DNA from: Paecilomyces variotii | Taxonomy: Eukaryota | Assembly (NCBI GenBank): GCA_004022145.1 | Contig: RCNU01000001.1 | Reading direction: 5' to 3' (one strand) | Length of the DNA stretch: 64,000 nt | Shown: positions 23,347 to 35,556 of the stretch, in pieces | Layout: each line of letters starts with the position of its first letter | How positions within the stretch are numbered: position 1 is the first letter of the stretch | Made by a program: the position numbers and the translations under genes | The notes under the pieces: generated by a model | What the model was told of the DNA's origin: nothing | The model's database searches: none | What the model saw: the letters and a program-made list of their open reading frames with translations, nothing else

Positions 23347-25674
23347 CTACTTTTCAGTAACTTCATCTATATTCATCATCGGAGCCGGTTCCCCTTCCGT
23401 TTTCTCCTGCCCTTTCTCTGCTTTACTCTTTTTATCCTCCGCCTCTTTCTTGAGCTCCTGCTTCGCCTCCTCTTTCAACTTCTTATCATCAGCTCTATCA
23501 AGAGTTATTTGCGGCATTAACAGGAGAGCCAGTAAGAACGCAAGGCCCGCTAATCCGGCCATGACCCAGAACATGGCTTGGAAGCCGCGTTTGTAGCCGT
23601 GGATAAGGGCATTGCGGATCGCGATGCTGTTTTGATCGGTACCGTCCTTGGTGGATAGGAAGGAGAGAGGATCGTTGATTATGGAGTTAACTTCTGTTTC
23701 GGAGACTTGGAAGTTTACGTCGGAGAAGGCGGAGCGGAGGGAATTGTTTCTGGGTGTGGGGATATATATGTTAGATATGAAAGGTAGGTGAGAGAGGGAT
23801 TGTGTTTGATTTGACATACATAATTGTTCCTGCGATTGCTAGGCCAATTGTGCCGCCGAGGTTTCGTATGAAGCTAGTGATAGGCAATTAAATGTTAGTT
23901 TATTTTCTTTTCTGTGGTGATGAGTGTCATGAGGAAGTCAGGGGTCAACTAACTTTCGAGCTCCGGTTACTACAGCCATATCCTTTCTCGGCACAGCCGC
24001 TTGGATAGCAACCAAACTTGGTTGGAGTGTTTGCCCAACTCCAAATCCAGTCAAGACTCCATAGCCGACCTGCTTGCCCAAGCCGGATGAGGCGTCCAAG
24101 GTGGAGTACAGGCCGAGTCCTGCGGCCCAGCAAGCCCATCCGAAGAGGATATTCTCACGGTAGCGACCAGTCCATGTGACGATCAGACCCGAAAGAGTGC
24201 TGCTGAAGGCTATGAATCCGTAAGACTCGAGTCATATACAAAGGTGGATATGGGCGGAATGCATACTTTGAACCAGCGTAATAGGAAGCAGAAGTGTCGC
24301 GGATCTGACTGCGCTGTATCCATAGAGCAGCTGGTAGAATGTTGGGATATAATATACCTACGTCAACAGATACGTGTCAGCAGGGATTCTCAGCTTCAGA
24401 GACAACATGATAGAGATAAAAGGTTACCTGGACAACAAAGTTCCAACCATTGACAAACATAGTCAAGCAAGCACCGTTTACCATCCGACTCTTGAATATA
24501 TGGAGCGGTATGAGAGGTAACGGGTGACCTTTCCATTCCCAGAGAAAGAACAAAATCCATACGACGCCCCCAATGACAATCGTTAGGATAACGTGCAGCG
24601 ACTTCCATTGGTAATCACCACCAGCCCATGTGAGACCGAGCTGTTGGAGTATATTCGTCAGTGTTGTTGTCTATGTAACAAATGGCAATGTCAGAGTACG
24701 TACCACAATCAAAGTCGAACCTGACAGAGTCAGAATGACTCCGAGGAAGTCGATCGCCTTTAACTTTTTCTTCCACGACCCCTGGACAGGCCGCAGCGGC
24801 ATGACAAATATAACACATAAGGTCGTGAAAGCAGTGAGTGGCATGTTCAATCTAAAGATCCATCGCCTGCAGACTTTATTAGCTTGCACAGAGGTAATAT
24901 CGAAGAGACGGTTTGACTTGCCATGAATCCTCAGAGATAGAAGCCAGAGCTCCTCCAATGACAGGACCAATGCCATTGGCCAAGGCAACAACTGCTCCCT
25001 ACTTCCAGCCCCGTCAGAAACATCATACTGAAAGTAGGAGGGATCAAATCAGTCAACGGACCAATATCCCCTGATATTTCCCACGATCCCGCAACGACAC
25101 CACGTCGCTCACAATGATCTGAGCTATGGTCATCAACCCTCCACCTCCCACGCCCGTTATAGCACGGAATGCGATCAGCTGCGCAGCCGTATTCGAGACT
25201 GATGATGCCAGCGATCCGATAAAGAATATAAATAGACCGGTAAGGAGGACAAACTTGCGGGACCAGATATCTGAGAATCTGCCGTACAGGAGTTGGAAGG
25301 ACGTCGACGTTCTAGACCCAGTCAGCGATACGTTGGATTTCGTTTTATCATATCTAACTTGAGAGCCCTGATACTGACATAAAGTAGCCGTTACTGATCC
25401 ACGATGTCTGACTGCCTGCACGGAGTGCAGATCCGATGATAGCTAAACTCGCTGCCAATGTTGTCTGGTCCATCAGCGCAAGTAGATCGACACTGGCGCA
25501 TGCCAGGAAGATCTGCACATTGTCAGCGCATCCTGTACCCCTGCAGCAGACACGTTGAATCCATCTATCTCATACCGTGATTATCTTGCCCTTGGTCACA
25601 TATCGAGTTTGCTCGTTAAACGTGATGGCATTGTTTGCTGCACCGACCTGAGGGGCAGCAGAGGAACCTCCCAT
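23347..25674 (-). CDS. MFS drug:H+ antiporter (DHA2/14-TM type), many introns
   Basis: Exon fragments LLYGRFSDIWSRK, AFRAITGVGGGG..QIIVSDVVSLRDRGKYQG, RWIFRLNMPL, IDFLGVIL, GYKRGFQAMFWVMAG. First exon MGGSSAAPQ..FNEQTRYVTKGKIIT; the start is tentative. Confidence 0.88.
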
Positions 25675-26894
25675 ACTGGGCCCTGGAAATCAATGTTCAC
25701 AGATTCCTGATGAGTTTCCGTTATTTCATAGGCCCAAGAGGCTTTGGCTCGATATACTCGAGTCCAGCTGACCTGATAAGTGTCTTGAGGAAACAGAGCA
25801 ATAATTCTCCTCTAGGAGAAAAGAATCACAACCCAATGTAAAATTTTTTAAGAAAAGAAGGCTGCTAGAGAAGACTCTGAAGAAACAGAGCGTCCCACGT
25901 CTCCGATCTACGGACCCTTCACAGGGTACCTTGACCGATGCCAAGTACGCAGAGCACCCGACAATGTCTTAGCCCTGCTACCTTTGTAGCTTGAACAGAG
26001 GAAAGTGGACATGGCAGGATGGGACCAACAACAGTGGCTGATGGGGATAACGCAGGATATCGCAAGAAAGAAGTATTATCCCTCCGCTGTGCTTCTACAA
26101 GAAGTTGATGTTGTATGCACTGGCGGGCTTAGCGTGAGGGAGTTTGCTCAGGTTTCTATGGTCGATCGATCCACACCGGGAGAAAACAGCCCGCTGTTAT
26201 TGGATCCGAGACCTATGGCTACAAAGTGCTGCCGTTCTACTTGTCTGTGCCTGACCACGCAGTGAATTGTCAGCCGTGATGATCGACAATCGAACCTGCT
26301 TCGAGAGGTGCGAGCTGGTGCTGACTGCGTTCATTCGAGGGTGAAAAGACGCAGTAACGCGGGATATTGAGAACATTGTGAGTCGCCAAGAGTCGTAAAG
26401 CGTCGTCCGGGGGTCCTCAACTCAACAACTATAACTTGCCCGACAGCAGACGATCGTCCTTCGAGATCTGTGAGTGGATGATTGAGTACGAGATGTGCAC
26501 TTGTGAAGAAAAATCCTTGACTAATAGCTAAATTTGCCCAGCTTCAAAGCTGGGCTTTCTTCAGACCCCGGCCGCATCGGTCATGGAGCATGTGCGATTC
26601 GGAGTATAGCGAGATGTAGTACCTTCCGGGACGGTTTTTTTGACATTGCTCCATAGGATCACCCCACGAGGGGCATGAGGGCCACCTTGTGAGCGTCTTG
26701 GACGGAATCTTCCGGTCGACCAGACGGGAAATTTCTTTGCGCCTAGTCGCGATGTCACATTAAGCTTCGCAGGTCCTGTGATGGAAAGAGCCCAGATAAA
26801 TATCCACATATCCGCACATCGTATTTCTGTCAGTCGGAAACGAGACTTCTTGTTGTATCCATATCATTGATTGTTCGTGGCCCCAGAGGACAGG

Positions 26895-28874
26895 ATGGCA
26901 AACAACCCTCTCAATACCTATACGGGCCCTGAGTCTCTGATCGACTATCATAACCCAGACTGCCAGCCGTTCCTACCGTTGGTTGAGATACCCGAGAAGT
27001 TGAACCCTTACCGCAAGGATGGCGTCCGGATATATGCGAAAATGATGACTATGCTTCCTATACACAACGTCAAATCCTTGCCTGCACTGCGATTGCTCCA
27101 GAAAGGAAACGGAATCAAAGAGGGCACACAAACCATCGTGGAGTATAGCTCGGGATCGACGATCATTTCAATGGCCGTGCTAGCAAGGGTGCTGCATGGC
27201 ATCGATGACACAAGAGCTTATCTGAGCAACAAGACAAGCACCACTAAGATCCGACTAATGCGACTGTTCGGGCTGGAAGTGTATAGCAGCCCTATGCCTG
27301 AGCCTAATGACTCTCACTGACAGATGCTAGAACGTTGTTTGGAGGACCATCTCAACCAGAACCAGCTGACCCCAGAGGTGGCATACAGAAAGCCAAATCT
27401 CTAGGAGAGGAAAGCGATGACGCTTTCAATCCAAACCAGTACGAGAATCCATTGGTGAGTGAGCGAGCTTGGAGTCCTCTTGTCGCAGATTCAGGAGACT
27501 GACATAGGCATCGCCTATAGAATCCAGATGCGCACTCCCGTTGGACAGGTCCGCAAATCATAAAGCAACTTCCTCAGATAAACGTGTTCTGTACCGGCAT
27601 GGGGACATCAGGTGAGTAGAAAATGTCCTTCCTGCAGACAACGTGCTGACGCAGTGAGTGGGAAAGGATCCATGACAGGAACGGGCACATATCTCAAGAG
27701 TCAAAAGCCATCGATCCACTCTGTCGGGTAAGTCTGTACTTGTGACGCTGCACTTATGAGAATTTTTCCTAATGATTTCCCAAAACAGCGTGTGTACTGC
27801 TGCAGGTGATCGGGTCCCAGGGCCCAGATCGTACGCACTGCTGGCGCCGGTTGAATTTCCATGGCGCAAGGCTGTTGATTCCATTGAGCATGTTGGCTCA
27901 TATGACTCCTTCCGCCTTTCTCTGGAGCTCATCAGAGAGGGCCTTCTCTGCGGGCCATCCTCAGGCTTCAATCTCCAGGGTCTGTTCCAGTTCATCGAGA
28001 AGAGGAAGAAGGACGGGAATCTTCACGAACTGGCGGGCGAAGATGGAGAAATCCACTGCGTGTTCCTATGCTGTGATTTGCCATACCAGTATGTCGACGA
28101 GTACTTCGATAAGTTAGGGGAAGAGCATTTCCGTCCCATCGTTAATGAGGTTAGTCGATGTTGTTCCCTGCATCCGAGGTGAATAGCAAAGCTGATGGTT
28201 ACATGCAGAACCTGGTCGGAGTCGACAAGTACCGCTATGACGAGGCATGGGAAGTCACGCCCGATGAAGTCCTCAATAAAGCATATTCCTCTAGCAAGAA
28301 ACCCCGCCTTGATACTTATCAAGACGAGAAGTTAGGTGTCACCGAGAAGGTTCAACATGAAGGCAGCTCAGAAGCGTCGCTTGACAGGGCACGTGGGTTC
28401 AATAGCATTGACCTCAATTCGGCGCAGCTCAAACCAGACACGGTGATCTTGGATCTCCGGAATCAACCGTCCTTTGGAACGTGGAATCTTCCGGGCAGCA
28501 TCCACTTTCCCATCTCCTCCCTCCACGAAAAGGATCCATCGCCATTTGCAGACTCATCTCTCCTGAAGAACCAATGGCTGGAACTAGACGGCATTTTCGC
28601 ACCGTCCTCAACAGCACAGAGCAGGAAGATCTCACGCCGGAGTAAGTTTGCCAAGTGGATCCCGTGTCTTGAGGTGTTTGGAGTAGGCAAAGAAAAAGAA
28701 CAGCATCCACAGATTACCTTGGATTACCTACTAGAAAACAAGCTGAAGGTTGTTGTGGTGGACTATGAGGGCGACACTGCACGCGTGGCCACGAGTGTGT
28801 TGCGGGCCAAGGGAATTGAAGCATGGAGTATGCGGGGTGGCATCAGCCAACTTCGGAGTATTTTGGCAAAATGA
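26895..28874 (+). CDS. PLP-dependent cysteine synthase-like (fold type II) enzyme fused to a C-terminal rhodanese-like domain; exons 26895-27280, 27331-27454, 27521-27611, 27667-27727, 27789-28149, 28209-28874
   Basis: PLP-lysine motif HNVKSLPA, EYSSGST loop, PNQYENP, GMGTSGSMTG, CGPSSG. Rhodanese signature ILDLR..F...NLPGSIHFP...ARVATSVLRAKGIEAWSMRGG. Confidence 0.88.
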
Positions 28875-30484
28875 ATCTGATAAAAAGTGTTTCTCTTAAT
28901 GTCTATCGGAATGCGGGGATTTATCATTTACTGGTCAATATTGTTTCACTAGAACATACCTTCATTTTCCTTGCCATGGGGCAATTGATGATGACGCTCA
29001 TCTGCAGATTTGAAGAGGCAGAACTTCAGTAAGCGTGCATTTACCGCAAGCCTCTTTGCCATGGATCATTAGCTGCATTTCCGAGAGAGAAAGGACGGTG
29101 GTTATTGTTCATCTGATGCGCCTCTCCCGCTGCGCAAGGGCGAGAAAGGACGAGTGTTTCCTAGTAGGTAGCTATAGTAGTGTTAGATTCGCTCGATCGC
29201 AACCCATCTACTGTTCTGCTTTCGTTCACGAGCATCGGTGATCCGCATAGCACCACTGCGCAATGACGGCATGCCAAACCGTGCACACATCAGAAGGAAG
29301 ACACACAGCTCGCTGCGTTTCACTTGCATCGTATACGATAGGCTACCCGGGCACTTTGGCACTGATCATCTAGCACGAATCACCAGACCCTGTGAGGCTG
29401 TGACTGCGTTAGTTAGCTGCGAACCCGGGGAAAGCTCTCTCGGCGCGGGACATGACGAGAAACTTCGAGTCAGACATACCAAGGCATTCTCAGCCCTTAC
29501 CCGGTCGATGGCATTTGCACATACAGAGAGCATTGGAGGCGCGTTCCGCGACCGCGACCTTTATGTGTTTTCCTCGCTGTCTCGAACCAGGACAATAAGC
29601 AATTATTCATGAAATAAAGACAGGAGAATGCGATAACGGGAAGTGGGGTATCTGGAATCGATCGAGCGTTTGGAGTCTGGTCTTGAAGGGGCTGCTTTTT
29701 CCAATGATAATAACGCCATGTGCAGCCGCTCAGCGACGCCCTATCCTTTCGATGGCGCGAGAAGCGTGTAGATCACATTATTGCAAACCAAGTCTCCAAG
29801 TGGGAAAGCTTCCAGCCCAACAAAGGCCGATGAATGGTAGACAAAAAGATCACAGACTCTGACAGACAGCATCGAGGCTTATCAGTGGGCCGCGTTAGCT
29901 TGGGGGTACATGGAGGTACTTTGTCCGCCACCCAGAACCTGTGCCAGCGGAAGTAGCGAGATGTAGCCAACCACGCCGTCACATGGCCTTTCGACACCGC
30001 TCCCTTTCGGTGCAGTTCATCCATGGCTTGAATTTCTCGGTTGAGATAGCCCAACTCTGCCATAAAAGGGATGCTCTCGGCTGCTGTATGCCTGGCACTT
30101 CTATCTCCATCATCATGCTTGTCATTCGCCTTCGTGATTGAGCTGAGGTCGTTCCCACAGCTTGCCCCGCGAAGTGGGTGATAAGTACGTGATACGGGTA
30201 CCGAACACCAGGAGGTCGACTGTCTTCTGTCTAGATCGGGGCTTGGTGTACTTTTGTGGGTTGCAATAGGTCCTTTTTCACTACTTCTTCTTCTTTTTTT
30301 CTTTTCTTTTTCCTTCTATTGCTGCCGTCTGTGACGGAGCAGCTGTTGCTCCCTGGGGAGGTAACCTCGCTATTGCAGGTGAGTCGAGTTCGCCATCAGA
30401 ATGAGTGGAGTGTATACTGACTCCTGGGATAGCTTTCTAGGCTACAACAGCTGAAGGAGTACCAGGTAGCGAAAAGACAAGGTA

Positions 30485-32966
30485 ATGGCGATGGCGGAAG
30501 AGGCCGCTGCCCCAACAGTGCCAGAGGCCGCGGCAGGCCGTGAGCCGCAGCGACGGTCAACCACGGTCCGCTGGAAGAGATTCCTCAAGGGATCGAAGAA
30601 AGACACAGAGTCCGATTCTGTGGAAGGATTCAAGGGTTACCGTGAGAGGTGGACACTCGGTATATTGAACGATAAAGAGACAGATGAGGTTCCCGGTAAG
30701 TGGAAATTGGCTAGGATTCTCCTGCGACGAAACAGCATCAGGGAACACCAACTGGTCTTCAGTATCTACGGATCTCGATATCACACCTCACTTCTACGAC
30801 TGTAGCTGACTATTCTTGCTCGCACAGGCACCGTCCTGCTCCTTTCATCGAATCGGAATGAGCCTCTGGGCTTGAGACACCAGCCAGCGCGGACCTCTGC
30901 GTCGTCCATTCCTGAACCCTTGCCTCCGTCTCGTTCATCTTCCCGGACAGGTGCTTCGACATCACACGTAAAGAAAACATCGGATGGCAATATCGTGTTG
31001 GATCCACAACCGGAGGACTCATTGAATGACCCTCTCAACTGGCCGCAATGGCGGCGAGATGCTGCTTTGATATCGCTCGGGCTGTACTGCATGATGGGGG
31101 GTGGAATGACACCGATTCTGGCTGCGGGTTTCAACGAGGTGGCAGCGACTTATAGTGTAACTACCCAGCAAGTCGCTTTAACAACAGGGCTGTATATGCT
31201 GGGCATGGGTATCGGCTCCGTCATCATGTCTCCAACCGCCATTCTTTATGGCAAACGGCCCGTGTATCTTCTAGGGATCACTCTCTTCATCGTTTCAGCC
31301 GTTTGGTGTGCTGTTTCTCCTAACTATGCCAGTTTGGTCGTGGCTCGGATCTTCCAGGGTATCGCTGTGAGTCCGGTGGAATGCCTTCCCTCCGCGACCA
31401 TTGCCGAGATCTTCTTTTTGCATGAACGGGCGTATCGAGTGGGCATTTACACTCTTCTTCTCCTGGGTGGTAAGAACCTTGTACCACTTGTTAGCGCAGC
31501 TATCATCCAGAGTCTGGGATGGCGTTGGGTATTTTGGTAAGGGCATTCTATTGTTGCTTGCGCAACAACAGGCTAATTCTCTCCAGGATCGTCGCTATCA
31601 TTGTGGGCTTTTTCCTTGTTCTGCTGTTTCTGTTTGTTCCCGAGACCTTCTGGGACAGAAGGCCTCGTCCCCGCAAACGCACAAAGCGACCGCACATGTA
31701 CCGCAGCGTATCTGATATGGTTACTCATGGCTTCCGAGGCAGGCACCCTCGCGAGAAGCCAGTGGGGGGAGCTGATAATGAAGATGGAACTCCTGCCGCG
31801 CCACGAAGAGAGCGGAAAAATGTCGGTTTTGCTGAGAGCGAGAAGAGCGGGAAAGAGGAATTAGAAGATGAAGTCACACCGACCATCGATGCTGCTGGCG
31901 CGAACAATCCAGGCAACAATGATGCGATTGAAGTAGAGGCGGAAAAGTCGGCAGACAGCAGTTTCCCTCAGGTACCATCTCCTAGCGCACATCCGACGAT
32001 CCAGGATTGTTCGGGCATCGATGCTCTTTCTAGAGACCGAGACATCGAGGCTGCTAAAGCGACTCCAATTCCATCACGGGACGCGTCCAGAGACTCAACA
32101 CCTACGAATACCACTTTCTTGTATACGCATCGGCTGCGAGAACAGCCACCTCTCCCTTTCCTCCAAACTCTGAAGCCGTGGAACGGTCGGCTCGTTCGTG
32201 ACCGTTGGTGGCGTGTCGCTGTTCGACCGTTTGTCCTCTTCGCTTACCCAGCAGTTTTGTGGTCTACATTGGTGTATTCTCTCTCCATTGGTTGGCTGAT
32301 CGTGCTCTCTGAGTCCGTGGCCCATATATATCAGGGCAAAGAGCACTACAACTTCTCCCCGTTGGGCACGGGGTTGGTGTATCTCTCCCCTTTCATCGGT
32401 GGTGTCATCGGAACAGCAGTCGCTGGGAGGGTATCGGATATCATTGTCCGGTTCATGACCCGACGCAACGGCGGTGTGTACGAGCCAGAATTTCGACTGG
32501 TGATGGCCATACCAGTGGCCGTGACGACTGCGGCAGGCCTGATGGGCTTCGGATGGAGTGCACAGGAGCGAGACGCCTGGATCGTACCAACCATATTCTT
32601 TGGGCTGATCTCTTTTGGTTGCTCCCTGGGCAGCACGACCTCGATCACATTCTGCCTGGACAGTTACCGACAGTATGCAGGAGAGGCCCTCGTGACGTTG
32701 AATTTCAGCAAGAGTGAGTAGTCCTCTTGTTTTCTTTTTTCCTGTCAGCCGTGTGTGTTCATGTCACTAATAATGCAGACGTCTTTCATGGGCTTGTATT
32801 CTCCCTCTTCTTCGTCAACTGGCTGGAAAAGGACGGACCGCGAACCGTGTTCCTGGCCATAGGTGGCATCCAGATTGCTTGCCTGCTGACCGCGATTCCC
32901 ATGTATATTTTTGGGAAGCGTGCTCGGATGTGGACCGTCCGGAAGAAATTGATGGAGTCACTATGA
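30485..32966 (+). CDS. MFS transporter (DHA1/12-TM-like); exons 30485-30695, 30828-31536, 31587-32713, 32779-32966; 5'-UTR intron 30379-30440
   Basis: PQPEDSLNDPLNWP, YGKRPVY, ARIFQG, EIFFLHERA, WRWVFW, VPET, YEPEFRL; canonical introns. Confidence 0.93.
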
Positions 32967-34260
32967 ACCAGCTTCAATTATTATTATTCTGGTCGGTCTA
33001 CTCCGTATCGCCCCGTCTCGAAAGTAGTCTCTGCGTGCCGGACCGCTGGTGTGTGTGTTGGGCAGCGATACCCCTTTCGAGCGGCCGTGTTCCTGCATGG
33101 TCATGGACCTAGATAGCGGGGTCTGATTCTGCCTTGTTTTTTTCCCACTTTATTTTTTTAGCCCCCTTTTTTCTGATACATGAGATACCATTACCGCACT
33201 TTATTCAGATCTCGCGTTTATTTCCGTATTCGTTGCTGTTTACATTTACCTGGCGGTTGTAAGAATATTGATATTGCTGTCCGTGGTGTTTCCGAATTCC
33301 AGCCGGTCTTGGTATGATGCATGTGGTGGCTTTGCTGCTGGACTGGGCGATGACGATACGGACTACGAGTTTATGACGAGATGATGTGTTTTGGGAGAGC
33401 GTATATCCTATTTTGGACGTTCTGTTTCCTTCGCCACATGTCGTGTACTGATAATATACCACTACTCTTGGAGATTTCGAATGCAACATAGCCGGGGAGC
33501 TGTGTCGGCCGTTCCGAGGGGTCCCAACATAACCCAGAAGCGTGAAGATCAACATGCCGTGTGTGTGTCTCGTTCTCTCCACGGACTCTGACTCGCTTTT
33601 GCCAAGCACGTGCATTCCTCGAAGTTGGTACGAGCTTACGAGCTTAAGATGACGAACTGAACTGACCAGCGAATGATCGGACAATTTGGAGAAGTTGAGA
33701 CAATTGCCCTCTCCTCACAATCAACACCGCGGTGGGTAAGATATCCGCCGAGAACTCCATCTGCTGTCGGTTTTTCGCCTCCCCCGCCGCCACCGATGCG
33801 CCCTCCGTCGCAAGCGTGCAGCGCCTGGCCAGATCGAGCTCCAATGCGAACCCACTGGGCCCAGAATGGCTTGTGGGATAGCTGATCCTGCAGCATCCCG
33901 GGGTTTACCCGACCACGCTTGATGAACTTGGTCATACATAACTACCTAACTACCTACTAGTTAGCTCCGATCACGGCATTAATGTTGAAGTTGAGATACT
34001 CAGTCTCTCAATTGTCAGGTTCAACGCCCGCGCTGGAGGCAGCTGCACGAATCACGGGTAGTCTAGTCTAGGCAGTAGATAAAACTGGAGCAGAATCGAA
34101 TAGCTGGGTCGGGTAGATATGCTAGCGGGCAGAGGCAGGGCAGAGGCAAAACCGAGCGAAAGATCATGGATCCGAGTCGCATCCCAGCCCTATCAGGGTC
34201 GTTGCACCGCCAATCAGACTGGCATGTCGGTTAGGAACCCCGATGCACTACTGTACAGCA

Positions 34261-34285
34261 CATGTACATGTACATGTACATGTAC
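34261..34285. repeat. (CATGTA)4 microsatellite
   Basis: catgta repeated four times; the array is self-complementary. Confidence 0.8.
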
Positions 34286-35556
34286 GGGCAATGGTAGGCA
34301 AGTAATAATAATGTTCTTTATGACCTGACCTTACAAGTATGTATTTTCTGTGTCTGCGCAGCCGCAGAGGTATACCAGTACACGTACGGAAGTAGCACAA
34401 TAGAGTAGTCTGTATTAAGAATCAATTGTGTAGGACTGGAAGCACCATTGGTAGTGCTTGTGGACCGATTGATCGAGCGAAATAAGCCACCAATACTGAT
34501 TGATAGAGTATATAATTAGTCGTCTCGTTTAATGGTCGAGAACAATGGTGGTGTTTCATTCTCGACGCTCGCTAGAATCTTCTGTAACCATCTACCCTCC
34601 CCGTTTTATTATCTTTTCTGTTTGAAGAAATTTCTTTCTTCTTCTTTTCTTCTTCTTTTTTTTTTTAGCTACCTGCATATGCGCCATCCGACTGTTCTCT
34701 GACACAGTAGAGACTTTTGTAGAACAAGGTAAATAGTTATTTGAATCAGTATTGTGGCATGACATGACAGTATACTCGCAGCTGCTCTATGGTTATACTA
34801 TTATTGTACTGTAACGCCGTGACAGTAAAGTAAAATAAGCTGACTCAGCGGCTAGACCGATTCCAGTTCGGCTCCCAATAATGAATAATTATTTTTCCGA
34901 ATAATTCTAAGTATGCGATCCAGATCCAAACCAAGGCACGCTGATCAATGTCCACCTTTGTATAGGCTCCACCGCGCAAAACAGTCGCTTTCTAATTGAT
35001 GAGTTTCTTCTGGCACGCAAATCACAGGGCGCCATAACCGCCAGCTCGTCTGTCGGGCTGGTCACCCGGCCACACAGCATCCATGGCACTGGACGTTGAT
35101 GTCAGGCACCGCCGCTCGTCGCTCTCCCCACCTCGTGCTGGGGATTCACAGTCCTGGTGGGCTTTAAACCATAAACGAGTGGAAGCTAGCAATCCAAGGC
35201 AGGTGAAGATGCCGGGAATAATGACGCTTGGAGCAACAAACCCACCACCGCCAATCTGATGGATCGTGGAGAAGTGCTCGGATATATGGACCTTATTATT
35301 ATTCATGAATTCATATTAATACGAATACATACTACCACAGTCAAACGATGGACCGCCACAAGGCCAGAAGCATCCATGGAACACTGAAGAGCATTAATCC
35401 GTATTGCTGCCCCACTCGCATCACTGACAGGATTCTGGAACCGCGCCGATATCCCCGTTCTCGACCTACCAAGTACTCTTATCGACTTTTTTTCTTTCTT
35501 TCTTCTCCTGCCAGGCGATGTTGCAAGTCCGTCCGACGTGAGGCTTGCCTGCGATT

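Noticed and set aside
33205-35350. Several 60-160 aa ORFs between the MFS and histidine kinase genes
   Set aside because: No motifs, splice support or coding-like composition; treated as intergenic.
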